DNA of 64,000 bases from Octopus vulgaris (Eukaryota): NCBI GenBank assembly GCA_951406725.2, contig OX597822.1, positions 32,550,001 through 32,614,000 on the forward strand. The letters run 5' to 3'. Both the position numbers and the translations under genes were made by a program. Within the stretch, counting starts at the first letter, position 1. Every line of letters begins with the position of its first letter. Below are positions 53,066 to 64,000 of the stretch, piece after piece. The notes under the pieces are model-generated. The model saw only the letters and a list, made by a program, of their open reading frames with translations, searched no databases and was not told the DNA's origin.

Positions 53066-54685
53066 GACAGTGAGCCGGCAGAATCGTTACCTCGCAAACC
53101 AAATTTCATAACGGCATTTCGTCCCTCTTGACATTCTGAATTCAAATTTCGCCCACGTCAACTCCTTTTCTTGTTTCGTTAAGTTGACCCCATTTAGAGA
53201 ATTCAACACTATACATCTTAAGTTTACCTCCTGTAGAAAATCATTCACAGAGCCACTTCCATTGCAGCTGTAATCAGTTGCCTTTGGAATACTACCAAAC
53301 ATCAGAATTCTATAATTGTTTGCATAAAGATATCCCGTAAATGAAAAGAAGCTTCATCAGGTAGATATGCGCTATTTCTATGAAAAAAAATCATGAATTT
53401 TCTTCGGATTAGAACATATGAATTAGTTTTTATTTTAAAAACCTTTAAACAAGTAACAAGAAACGTAATTACAGTAACACGGACTTTTCAGAATAATCTA
53501 TAGTTTAGAGCCCTCCGAAACCACATCATCCCCAGTGAAGAGTCAAAATTTCCCGAATGTAATATTTGCATAATTCACCAAGTGTTTAAATCATCACTTT
53601 AGGCCTATTTCCTGTAGGAATATGACGGAAAACTAATTAACCGTTTGCAATCATAAAGCCTTAAACGTACCGACTTGCGAGCGCAAGATCATCATCATCA
53701 TCATCATCATCGGTGTCGTCGTCGTCATCGTCGTCATCGTTTTCGTCGTCGTCGTCGTCGTTGTCGTTGTTGTTGTTGTTGTTGTTGTTAAAGCCAAACA
53801 AAACCAAGCAAGTGCATTCCGTAAAATATTGCTTGCTGGTTAATGTGATGATTCGGATATTATACATGATACTATAGTAACCGAATTCTTAATTAATCAT
53901 GGTATGACGTGCTCTTAGAATAAATTAATAAAACACACTAAATAGGCTACTTTGAAATAAAAAGGACCTATAATCAAAATAAATATGTTTCTTTTTTTTT
54001 TTCTTGGCACAAAGCAGTCAATTTTCAGGTGAAGTGAAAGCCAACTGCATCCATACCATTTCTTAAATGGTAACTATTTCATCCACCCCGAAACGATAAA
54101 ATGCAACGTCGACTTCTGTAGCATTTGAATTCACAACGTAAAACCAGAAGAAATGGTGCTAAACATTTTGTCCTAAGTGCTAACGATTCTGCCTGTTCAG
54201 CGACTAATACTATTAATAATATATTCTGAGCAATCTCCGACTGATTCACTTTGCAACTGGTTAACTTATAAAAGAATGAAACGCATAACTTCCACATCAC
54301 AACCTTCATATCCTAACCTTTAACATCCAAAAGATTGCTCCTCTCATCACTACTTTTGCAGCATGCCACTTGTTGACTTGTGGGAGCTTTACTAATTTCT
54401 TTGCATAAAAAATGTGACCCCACTTCGGTCGCATAAAGCAGTTTAACAGATATAATTTTCTCAACAAAATATATTTGTTTCGAGAAAACAAATATCTCTT
54501 TGTGATATTAAATTTATTGCCAGATTTCAGTAAATTTGTACTTATTTTATCTATCTTTACATCAAAGTTAAATCATAATCTTAAATTAGTGTAACATCTA
54601 AAGAAGAATCATGAATATTAACTACATTTTTATTACACATGATTACCCGAATGTTTTTATAAGCAATTTGAACCTGCATATTATT

Positions 54686-54772
54686 ATGCTTCTGGTACTA
54701 CTAATTCTAACATCATACACTTGTTCGAGTTATGATCGCTTAGACAAGACCAAGTCTATAGTAGTAACAATG
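54686..54772 (+). CDS. Candidate first coding exon of a secreted/membrane protein (unconfirmed)
   Basis: ATG, signal-peptide-like [15 protein letters not shown], then [14 protein letters not shown], ending at a consensus phase-0 donor ATG|GTGAGT. No downstream exon was identified. Confidence 0.25.
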
Positions 54773-55060
54773 GTGAGTGATAAAGAACATATATGTATAC
54801 ATACATAGATGTATGTGTGCGTGTGTGTCTTTGTATATTTATATATGTGTGTGTGTATCTTTGTATATGTATATACGTATACATATATATGTATGTATAC
54901 ATATATATGCATATTTACATATATATGTAAATATATAGATATATGTATGTGTATACATCCATATATATTTATATATACGTGTATATATATATATATATAT
55001 ATATGCGTATATTTATATTTACGTATATATATATAAATAAATATATATATATATATATAA

Positions 55061-55107
<47 letters not shown>

Positions 55108-55109
<2 letters not shown>

Positions 55110-55515
55110 TAGTGGGTAGCGATTTTCTTAACTAATTTAGGGAGTGACGACCCTGCCTGACGCGGATCCCGGGCTCAGCTGGCTCCGGCTGACAGTACCC
55201 GGTATGGGCCCCTATCCAGAGTTACTGAAAGGAGACAAATTTCAAAGAAATCCAGAGTGGAGCTCCGTGGGCGGTTTATTGTTCGACTCGACACTCTTCC
55301 GGTAGCTCCTTCAACCAAGCTGGTGTCAAACGTAATGCACTGCAATCCTTTGGCCTACGTCAGCAAGGTCGAGAGAGGAATCCTGACGACTGGGCTACCC
55401 AGGATTTTCTTAGATCTAGCCCAGTCTTGCGCAAAACTGGAGGGGACATGAACTGTAAAAGCCAGACTGGTTTAGTTTATGCGCAACTCCATTGTCTCCC
55501 GAGAAGAAAAGATGC

Positions 55516-55519
<4 letters not shown>
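55108..55519. mobile_element. GC-rich structured non-coding cassette inside (TA)n
   Basis: Bounded by (TA)n on both sides; several stems including the perfect 10-bp GACTGGGCTA/TAGCCCAGTC. Confidence 0.5.
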
Positions 55520-55576
<57 letters not shown>

Positions 55577-55585
<9 letters not shown>

Positions 55586-55786
55586 ATGAAGGAATGGTCA
55601 TTTTGCCAGTTTACCCAATAAAAACACACCACGCACTATATATTTGATGTTACTTTGCTTCAGCTTTATTTGTTTTTGACATTAATCTTAATCTTATTTC
55701 GCTGAAGCAAAGTAACACCAAATATATAGTGCGTGTGTTTTTATTGGTTAAACTGGCAAAATGACCATTCCTAAATACAACAATAT
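55577..55786. repeat. Fold-back element with ~85-bp arms and ~36-nt loop next to (TA)n
   Basis: 55577-55664 is the near-perfect reverse complement of 55701-55786. Confidence 0.92.
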
Positions 55787-55841
55787 CTGTTTCAAAACAC
55801 GATTGCACATAAAATATCTTGCGAAACAAATATATAACTTA

Positions 55842-56050
<209 letters not shown>

Positions 56051-56067
56051 GTATGTATATATATATA

Positions 56068-56540
<473 letters not shown>

Positions 56541-57029
56541 CAGACAGATAGATATAGATAGATATATATATATATATATTACATATATATTGTATACACA
56601 CATTCATACATATATATATACCGTTGAACAGCATACAATTTTAAAATTGCCTTGTATACGCATCGATGATATCGCAAAGCAAGATGAAGATAATAAAGAC
56701 TCTCCCTGGACACAACACCACACTGAAGAGCATTAATTAGTCTCAAATATTTATTTCGTATTTTACTTTCAATACTCGAGCGTAACTACGTTGAAATATG
56801 TCTGTGCATCACGATTCCCGTGAAGTGATTATCCACCCATGCACATGTTCTAAATTAGAAGCTAAGCATTTAAGATTAATTATAATTTGGTCAGTTTATT
56901 ACAGTTTAGCAACATCTGCTATCCTGTTTGCAGCTGTGAAATTGTATAGTATTATTAATTGATATGTTGCTCAGCTAAATATTCTCATTATTAATTCATT
57001 CCATGAAAATCAAAATAAGCTTAGTAGTG

Positions 57030-57400
57030 TTCATCAATATCTTCATCATCGGCCATTTTGTCATTTCAGACAAATGACGTCTGGATGATAAAGTGCAATA
57101 ATATCATGATGGTGCGCCCACAAAAATTATAGCACCCGCACTATAAACCATGCTGAGTAAGCAACGTACAATTTTGAAATTCGGTTTATCACAGGCTGTT
57201 CAGACGGAAACTGCACGCTTCTACACGGTTAATTATAAGGGACACTATTGTAGTCTTTCCACTGTACAATCGGATTAAAATGAATATTGCCAGGGACGTA
57301 CTTATCAATACAGCCTTTCTTTGTCTGTCAGGGAGCTAACCAGTTACTGTCATAAACTTGACAATTAGCTGACCTTTAACCTCAATGGCCTTGATTTATG
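57030..57400 (-). mobile_element. Decayed CR1-like RT fragment
   Basis: Minus fragments IKAIEVKGQL..LPDRQRKAVL..YSG and KMADDED (cf. G.L..W..DR.Q.V and KFADD). Confidence 0.4.
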
Positions 57401-57453
57401 ACATGAATGGTAAAAATTTAGCTGCTATTCCTACAATTAATATTGCTGGCATT

Positions 57454-57838
57454 GTGGAGGCGCAATGGCCCAGTGGTTTGGGCAGCGGACTCGCGGTCAT
57501 AGGATCGCGGTTTCGATTCCCAGACCGGGCGTTGTGAGTGTTTATTGAACGAAAACACCTAAAGCTCCACGAGTCTCCGGCAGGGGATGGTGGTGATCCC
57601 TGCTGTACCCTTTCACCACCACTTTCTCTCACTCTTACTTCCTGTTTCTGTTGTACCTGTATTTCAAAGGGCCGGCATTTTCATTCTCTGTGTCACGCTG
57701 AATATCCCCGAGAACTACGTTAAGGGTACACGTGTCTGTGGAGTGCTCAGCCACTTACACGTTAATTTCACGAGCAGGCTGTTCCGTTGATTCGGATCAA
57801 CCGGAACCCTCGTCGTCGTAACCGACGGAGTGCTTCCA
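57454..57838 (+). mobile_element. Full-length tRNA-derived SINE family C, tail variant 2
   Basis: A-box TGGCCCAGTGG and B-box GTTTCGATTCC; head shared with the 44188 copy and tail shared with the 50600 copy. Confidence 0.88.
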
Positions 57839-58132
57839 ATAAAAATGGCTGGCATTAGTGTTATTTTCGTGATCGCTGGGGCTCGAATTTTTACGGTTTT
57901 ATTAGGATTATTGATGTAATATTCTGTGCTATTCCTTTTCTTTCTCTTCTTCCCCACTCGCTATTGTATACGTATGGGAACGTGTAAGTGTACGATTATT
58001 TTTAGTATCTGCCCACTTAGACATGAACACTTGTTGCTTCGACCTTCTGTCCATATTATGCCTTATGATCAGCCACCAACATTGTTGAAAATTTGCATTA
58101 CGTGGAGATATGTATTCATATTTACTATTCCT

Positions 58133-58156
58133 GTACTAGCTACGGCGGTACATATT

Positions 58157-58189
<33 letters not shown>

Positions 58190-58239
58190 GGCTCCTGCGC
58201 AAGGATGACACGCAAATTCGTGAAGCGTTCCATATTTTT
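58133..58239 (+). ncRNA. U6: U6 snRNA, full-length copy (gene or pseudogene)
   Basis: GTACTAGCTACGGCGGTACATATTCTAAAATTGGAACGATACAGAGAAGATTAGCATGGCTCCTGCGCAAGGATGACACGCAAATTCGTGAAGCGTTCCATATTTTT. The ACAGAGA box, AGC triad, ISL and oligo-T end are present, with a few substitutions versus the canonical metazoan sequence. Confidence 0.95.
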
Positions 58240-58242
58240 CTC

Positions 58243-58440
58243 GGCGGCGAGCTGGTATACACGTTAGCGCGCCGGACGAAATGTTTAGTGTTATTTCGTC
58301 TGCAGCTACGTTCTGAGTTCAAATTCTGTCGAGGTCGACTTTGCCTTTCATCCATTCGGGGTCGATTAAATAAGTACCAGTTACGCACTGGGGTCGATAT
58401 AATAGACTTAATCCCTTTGTCTGTCCTTGTTTGTCCCCTC
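58243..58440 (+). mobile_element. SINE family A copy abutting U6
   Basis: Starts GGCGGCGAGCTGG three nt after the U6 oligo-T. Confidence 0.88.
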
Positions 58441-58444
58441 TAAA

Positions 58445-58499
58445 AGCCTTGTGAGTGGATTTGGTAGACGAAAACTGAAAGAAGCCCGTTGCATATATG

Positions 58500-58536
<37 letters not shown>

Positions 58537-58757
58537 TAGTATGTCTGTGCTTGACCCCCTCCCAACATCGCTTGACAACCGATGCTGGTGTGTTTACGTC
58601 CCTGTAACTTAGCGGTACGGCAAAGACACCGATAGAATAAGTACAAGGCTTACAAAAATAAGCCGTGGGGTCAATTTGCTCGACTAAAAGCGGTGCTCCA
58701 GCATGGCCACAGTCAAATGACTGAAACAAGCAATAGAGAAAAGAGTGTAAAAGAGAG
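58445..58757 (+). mobile_element. SINE family B, 3' part
   Basis: Reverse complement of 49528-49880. Confidence 0.85.
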
Positions 58758-59330
58758 TATACAATTTTTTGCGCAAAGCAATTATACAAACCAGCCAGTA
58801 ATTTAATGAAACCCATGTTATAAAGCATAACATACCAAATATATCCGCACTATTTTATTATTCCAAGATATATACGTGTGTGTGTGTGTGTGTGTGTTTA
58901 CATGTATCTTGCAACACCAGGACTGGTGTTGGTTTTTTTACCGTCGTTTTTCTGGCAAAATTGACTGCTAGTTACCTCGATTAGATTTGTCCCTAAGTTC
59001 TAATCATGGAGACTCAGAGATTTGTATGCCTGTTCTACAAGCGTTCATCACTATAACCCAATGACGTACAATTTTCGGTATATGGTGGCCTTATGGGACA
59101 TCCTATCCATTGAAAGTTCTACTTCAAGGGAAGAGTGGCGACATTTGCAAACCTAAAAAATCGGGAGTGCACACGTAGCTGCCACTCTCGTCTGTCGCTA
59201 TTGCTTCAAACTATGCAGATCTGCAACGAAACAGGACAGTGGCCTGGGGGGGAGGTCATGGGTGAAAAGTCAGATATGCTGTTGACAACGAAGAAGCGCG
59301 AGGAGACTGAAAGCAGCTAGCATAATGCAT

Positions 59331-59359
<29 letters not shown>

Positions 59360-59363
<4 letters not shown>

Positions 59364-59957
59364 AATTTGTACTGTCTCCCTGGTTTTTTTATGTGCTAGG
59401 CAACTTGGTGTTAAACTGATGGTATTATTAAATTAATATCTAATTTTTCACCCTCATTTATGAATTTATAAATTTAATATACTGCAGTAAATATTATATG
59501 CAGTATTAGTTTCCACTAAGTCTTGGCATACTTTTGGCGGGGAAGCTAAATCGCAACTATGTATGCAATCGATTAGACCGCATGGGTATTTATCGCCCGT
59601 GAGGGTCTGATAAATTGTATTGAGGACAAATGCTGCCGATGATTTATAGATAAATATGTGAGTATAATTGCATATTATATTGATAAAGAAACAATTGTTC
59701 AGCATTAATCTATCTTTTCGTTGTATTTCGCTTTCCTTACGTTGAAGGTAATGTTATTTCTTTTGTGGAAACAACTTCGGTGGCTATACCAGAATAAGGA
59801 GCTATTTCTAGCACTAGAGTTAACCACTTAATGGTAACTCTCTTATATTAACGTATAAATTTGTACTGTCTCCCTGGTTTTTATGTGCTAGGCCACTTGG
59901 TGTTAAACTAGTGGTATTATTAAATTAATATCTAATTTTTCACCCTCATTTATGAAT
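59360..59957. mobile_element. Partial-tandem (pLTR-like) non-coding element with ~105-bp terminal direct repeats
   Basis: 59360-59465 is nearly identical to 59854-59957 (period ~494 bp); (TA)n on both sides. Confidence 0.7.
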
Positions 59958-60379
59958 ATATATATATATATATATATATACTTATGGATAATGCTGACTT
60001 CACCCTTATAAAATAGAAAAGGTAATCAGCAGACAGCCACAGTCTCGAACTCGTACACCTCCAATAATGACTGAGTACTCAACTGTTCAGCCTAAGGATT
60101 TCTGTCAAATTAAAACCTAAATATTTTAGCTTTTGTAATGCAACAACATTTTGCTTATAATGTCCCGTTGTTTGCTGACAACTTTTCTCATCTTATGAGA
60201 GTTAAATACCCAGTCATTACGCTGTTTTCACGGTCATACTGCATCCGAAATACATTACTTTCCTGTAAAATACAAAACACATTCCACCCTTTCAAACTTT
60301 GTTTAAAAATGTTTACAATACATACATATATATATATCACTTCCCTTTGAAGTGATATATATATGTATATATTGTAATA

Positions 60380-60720
60380 TTTGATCACTTTGACCGACCA
60401 GTCCGTCAGACGTCCATTTGACACCGCTGGTCACAGCACGCTGTCCACTCCTCTTTGGATCGCGCCTTTCTCATCCACGTGATCCCAATCGTCCTCTTGA
60501 AATCGTCACTCCACCGTCGTGGAGATCTTCCGGGTGGTCTTTTCCGCTCACGCGGGTACCACTCGAGGTCTGCGTGCATCCACCGATTATCGGTGAGCCG
60601 GGCGACGTGTCCAGCCCATCTATACTTGCTGCGAGTATACTCTGCGATGACATCTCTCACGCCGGACTTCTTTCTGATGATCTTGCTATTTATGTGCTCT
60701 CTCAACGAGATACCAAGCAT
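60380..60720 (-). mobile_element. 5'-truncated RTE-clade LINE, ORF2 C-terminus
   Basis: MLGISLREHINSKIIRKKSGV..RWAGHVARLTDNRW..EWYPRERKRPPGRSPRRWSDD is the characteristic RTE C-terminal motif; the frame is open. Confidence 0.9.
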
Positions 60721-60816
60721 AGCTTCCCACTTATACATATATATATTTTTAGATACAGAGATTGATATAGTGTAGCATACATATACACACATATCTAAAA
60801 AATATATATGTATAAG

Positions 60817-60965
60817 TGGGAAGCTAGCAGAATCCTCAACGCTTCGGAAAATGCTTATCGGTATTTTTTTCAAATTTTAAGTTGAAATGACGCCGAAATC
60901 AATTTTGCATTTTGAAGATAAAATAAGGTACCAGTCAAGTACGAGTTTCGATGTAACCTTCTAAC
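60817..60965 (+). mobile_element. Degenerate SINE family A copy
   Basis: Diverged head and central block. Confidence 0.55.
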
Positions 60966-61052
60966 CCATACGCACCAAGCAGAGTGCTGAAATTATGCCA
61001 TACATGTCTTTCAAATTACATATGTATATATTCGTGTGTGTGGGTGTGTAAT

Positions 61053-61345
61053 GGACTCTCCCGTCGAAGACTACGTGTGGGCTTTCAGCTTTTGCCGAAC
61101 GACCTGCACAAACGGTTTCTTTTATAGTGATCACATGCTCGTGCCGTACATTAAGACACTCTCTCCACCAACTCGACGTTGTTTGAACAGAGAAACTGAG
61201 TATCACGCGCCATGTGCCGAAGCGATCGCGGAGCAACGTGAGATGAAGTGTTTTACGCGAGAACACAATGAACCACCCGGTCTAGAAATTGAAATCGCGA
61301 CCGATAGATCGCGGGTGCAACATCCTAACCACTAATCCATGTGAC
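61053..61345 (-). mobile_element. tRNA/CORE-like SINE with a further distinct tail
   Basis: Minus head CACATGGATTAGTGGTTAGG..AGACCGGG..AAAACACTTCATCTCACGTTGCTCC, related to the family C heads. Confidence 0.6.
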
Positions 61346-61368
61346 TCTCTCTCTCTCTCTCTCTCTCT

Positions 61369-61418
<50 letters not shown>

Positions 61419-62434
61419 TACACACACATGTTTTCTTGAAACTATTATTCTTGGTTGCCCATCTAGGACTGATTATGCCATTACCGGTAAAGAATGTGGA
61501 GTGACTATCATTCTACATCGTTTCTAGCATATTAAAGCCAATTTCATCGACTATTAACAGGCTTACTCAAGACGCTTGCATGTAATGTAGAGTAGTTCAT
61601 TGTTATTTCTAGCAGGTCAATCCGAATTTTTTAAGCGCCTTCCTTGAGTTGTATAAAATTCTGTTATCTTTTGTTGAATGTAATGTATCATTGTCTGGAA
61701 GTAGGAGATTGTTAAAAGTGATTCATTATGCAACGAAATAGGATGCAACAACAATTATCACTCCCATCATAAAAACCAAACTGTATTTCGTACCTTTGCA
61801 ATATTGTTTAGGTTTTATTACACATAGCATTGTAATAAAAGTAGATTTCAATCTGAAGCAATGAATTAAGACCATTCATTTATTTTGTATTGGAAGTAGT
61901 ATTTAAACAGACATTAAATAATAAAATTCTGAAACCGATCATAAAATTCTCAGAGCAATCTTCAAAATCTGATCTCATTAAAACGTTGTTAATGTTCGTT
62001 AAATTATATCTGAAGACGCTTCAATATATTCATGTTATCATTCAGGAAAAGTTTTCAAAACATATTCATTTGTCAATAAATAACTTACTGTGTTTTAGAA
62101 GTTAGCTGAAAGCAATAAAAATGACAGAAATGTGAGGTTAACTAGTATACACTAAGTCTATTTTTCCTTATTTAAGTGTGATGGCGGATTAAATTTTGCA
62201 AGTGTTATATTTATCCACTTCAGTAGCTGTTGCATTGCAGGTAAACATAGTTTGTCACATTCTTCGAATTTTATTTATTTGCTAAGAAGTTGTAAGCTGT
62301 GGGCTGCACGTCTATAATTTTACACAGAACTTATAAACATGCATGATAACGTGTTCACAATATATATAGCAAAAATTAACGGAAAAGTTGTAGGTTATGT
62401 GAATGTTGAATACATTTATTTTCACCATTAACTA

Positions 62435-62483
<49 letters not shown>

Positions 62484-62531
62484 GCACATGCGCGCGTTCA
62501 CACAAAAGCATACTCACACACACACAAGTAT

Positions 62532-62562
<31 letters not shown>

Positions 62563-62574
62563 GGGAGGAGAGAA

Positions 62575-62790
62575 TTCACAAAATAAAAGACGAAGACAGG
62601 CGGTGTAGACAACAAACAGATGTATAAGTATAACGTTCGAAAAGTGAAAAAGTCTTCGAGCCTACGTTTCGAGCCTACGATCTTCCACAGAAAGGAACAC
62701 AGAAAGAAACAAGGAGAGAAAATAAAGCATGTATACTGGCTAACAATAAGAGGAGGCAGATAACGCGTCACTCTGTGTAAAGTGCCAATA
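62575..62790 (-). mobile_element. Inverted PLE pseudo-LTR end
   Basis: Reverse complement contains TTGTTGTCTACACCGCCTGTCTTCGTC, similar to 3249-3277, and a degenerate hammerhead-like motif. Confidence 0.5.
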
Positions 62791-62799
62791 CCGGAAGAG

Positions 62800-64000
62800 A
62801 TCTATGTAATACCATTCAAATAGATATATCAAAATATAGAAAAAATTCTTGAAACGCTTAAGACTTAGCATATAATTTGTAGAAAACAATGCTGTAAATG
62901 TCTTGGATATAAAACAATATCTAAAATCTAATACTTACCGACCATACCACAAACCCAACGAAATCCTCAAACATATAAGTATAAGCAGTAATCGTCCACC
63001 TAGTATAACACACAAATTATTAGCAAACATTTCAACCCATATCTGTAATCTCTCTGCCAACGAAGAATTTGTGAATTAAATACAGATTATTATAAGTTAG
63101 CTCTAGAAAAAAGCAGGGTATAGGAATAAATTAAAATTTTGTAAAATTAATTATAGGATGGATACTCATAATATAAAACACACTAACTTAGGAACCAACA
63201 AGAATAGTGGAATGGTTAATTCTGACTGGAAAAATAGAGACAATAGAGATAAAGTTAAAGAAGATAAGAAAACTGTGGATAAGAATAAGGCAATTGAATA
63301 TAATAAAAGTATTTAAAAACTGTATGACCATAATAACGAGAGACGGATGCTTAACCACAGGAATAACAGTTCATTGAACAATAAGAAATACGAAATTCCA
63401 ATACTATAAAGAGCTATAAGAACGACTTTAACGCACGACCTAATTCAACTAATAATAAATATTTTAATAGGAAAATTAAACACAAAACCCTAACTCAATG
63501 GAAAATAAAGGTAAAATTTCACTCAAACCATAAATTTTAATTATAGCTCTTACTATACGATTAATTATTGTCAAGACCTAGACGAAGCATTACATAATTT
63601 TTTCCGGTAACGAATAAATACCATAATCTATTTGATAAAGAATTAATCGAAATTGCTTATTCAGACTCAAGAAACTTACCTCTAATTATAACAGCTCACA
63701 ACAGCATACAATTTGCAAAAGCTAAAGATGATAAGATTGATAAGGTAAATAAAAATGTAAACCAAATTAAAGACAATTATAATAATACCAACTTCAAAAG
63801 CAATAGTAAAATGAATAACCCGAACTCTAATGAAACCACCTTTAAGAAAACAAATAAAGATGAAAGGGAAACTACTCAATTAAATAATTCCATAGATGCT
63901 ATAAGTAAAAATCAGACACACATTTTGAAAACAATAATGATAATGAAAATAATCAGCGAAAATATAAAACAAGCACAAACATTATAAAATCTGATGATGA
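62800..64000 (+). mobile_element. 5'-truncated Penelope-like element: RT thumb followed by an A-rich linker running off the window
   Basis: 62891-63070 translates to AVNVLDIKQYLKSNTYRPYHKPNEILKHISISSNRPPSITHKLLANISTHICNLSANEEF (cf. VNFLD..Y.PY.KPN..YI..SNHPP.I), followed by YKLALEKS. Confidence 0.8.

Noticed and set aside
54079-54491. Minus-strand ORF fragments (WHAAKVVM) as a gene or transposase
   Set aside because: Frameshifted, and I cannot assign a family with confidence.
57454-57530. tRNA gene
   Set aside because: A/B boxes are present but there is no complete cloverleaf, and the sequence continues into a SINE body.

Overview
This is AT-rich, microsatellite-dense eukaryotic DNA with no confidently identifiable host protein-coding gene. 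Most ORFs in the track are translations of simple repeats or SINEs. The repeat repertoire resembles, from recognition rather than a database search, a coleoid cephalopod (Octopus-like) intergenic or intronic region. It contains many tRNA-derived SINEs of several families, two decayed Penelope-like retroelements (PLEs) at the window ends, RTE/CR1/R4-Dong LINE fragments, mariner/Tc1/hAT remnants and one full-length U6 snRNA copy fused to a SINE. The most interesting signal is a set of short non-coding cassettes wedged between (TA)n/(ATGT)n arrays, mainly at 26.5-29.5 kb, 55.1-56.5 kb and 59.3-60.0 kb, plus one at 3.0-3.3 kb. They are perfect fold-backs, partial tandems or heavily base-paired sequences. 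One carries an apparently intact minimal type I hammerhead ribozyme with a U3-A8 compensatory core variant (56208-56278). I infer these are PLE pseudo-LTR or retrozyme-like, microsatellite-targeting RNA elements. All calls were made by eye and no searches were run.
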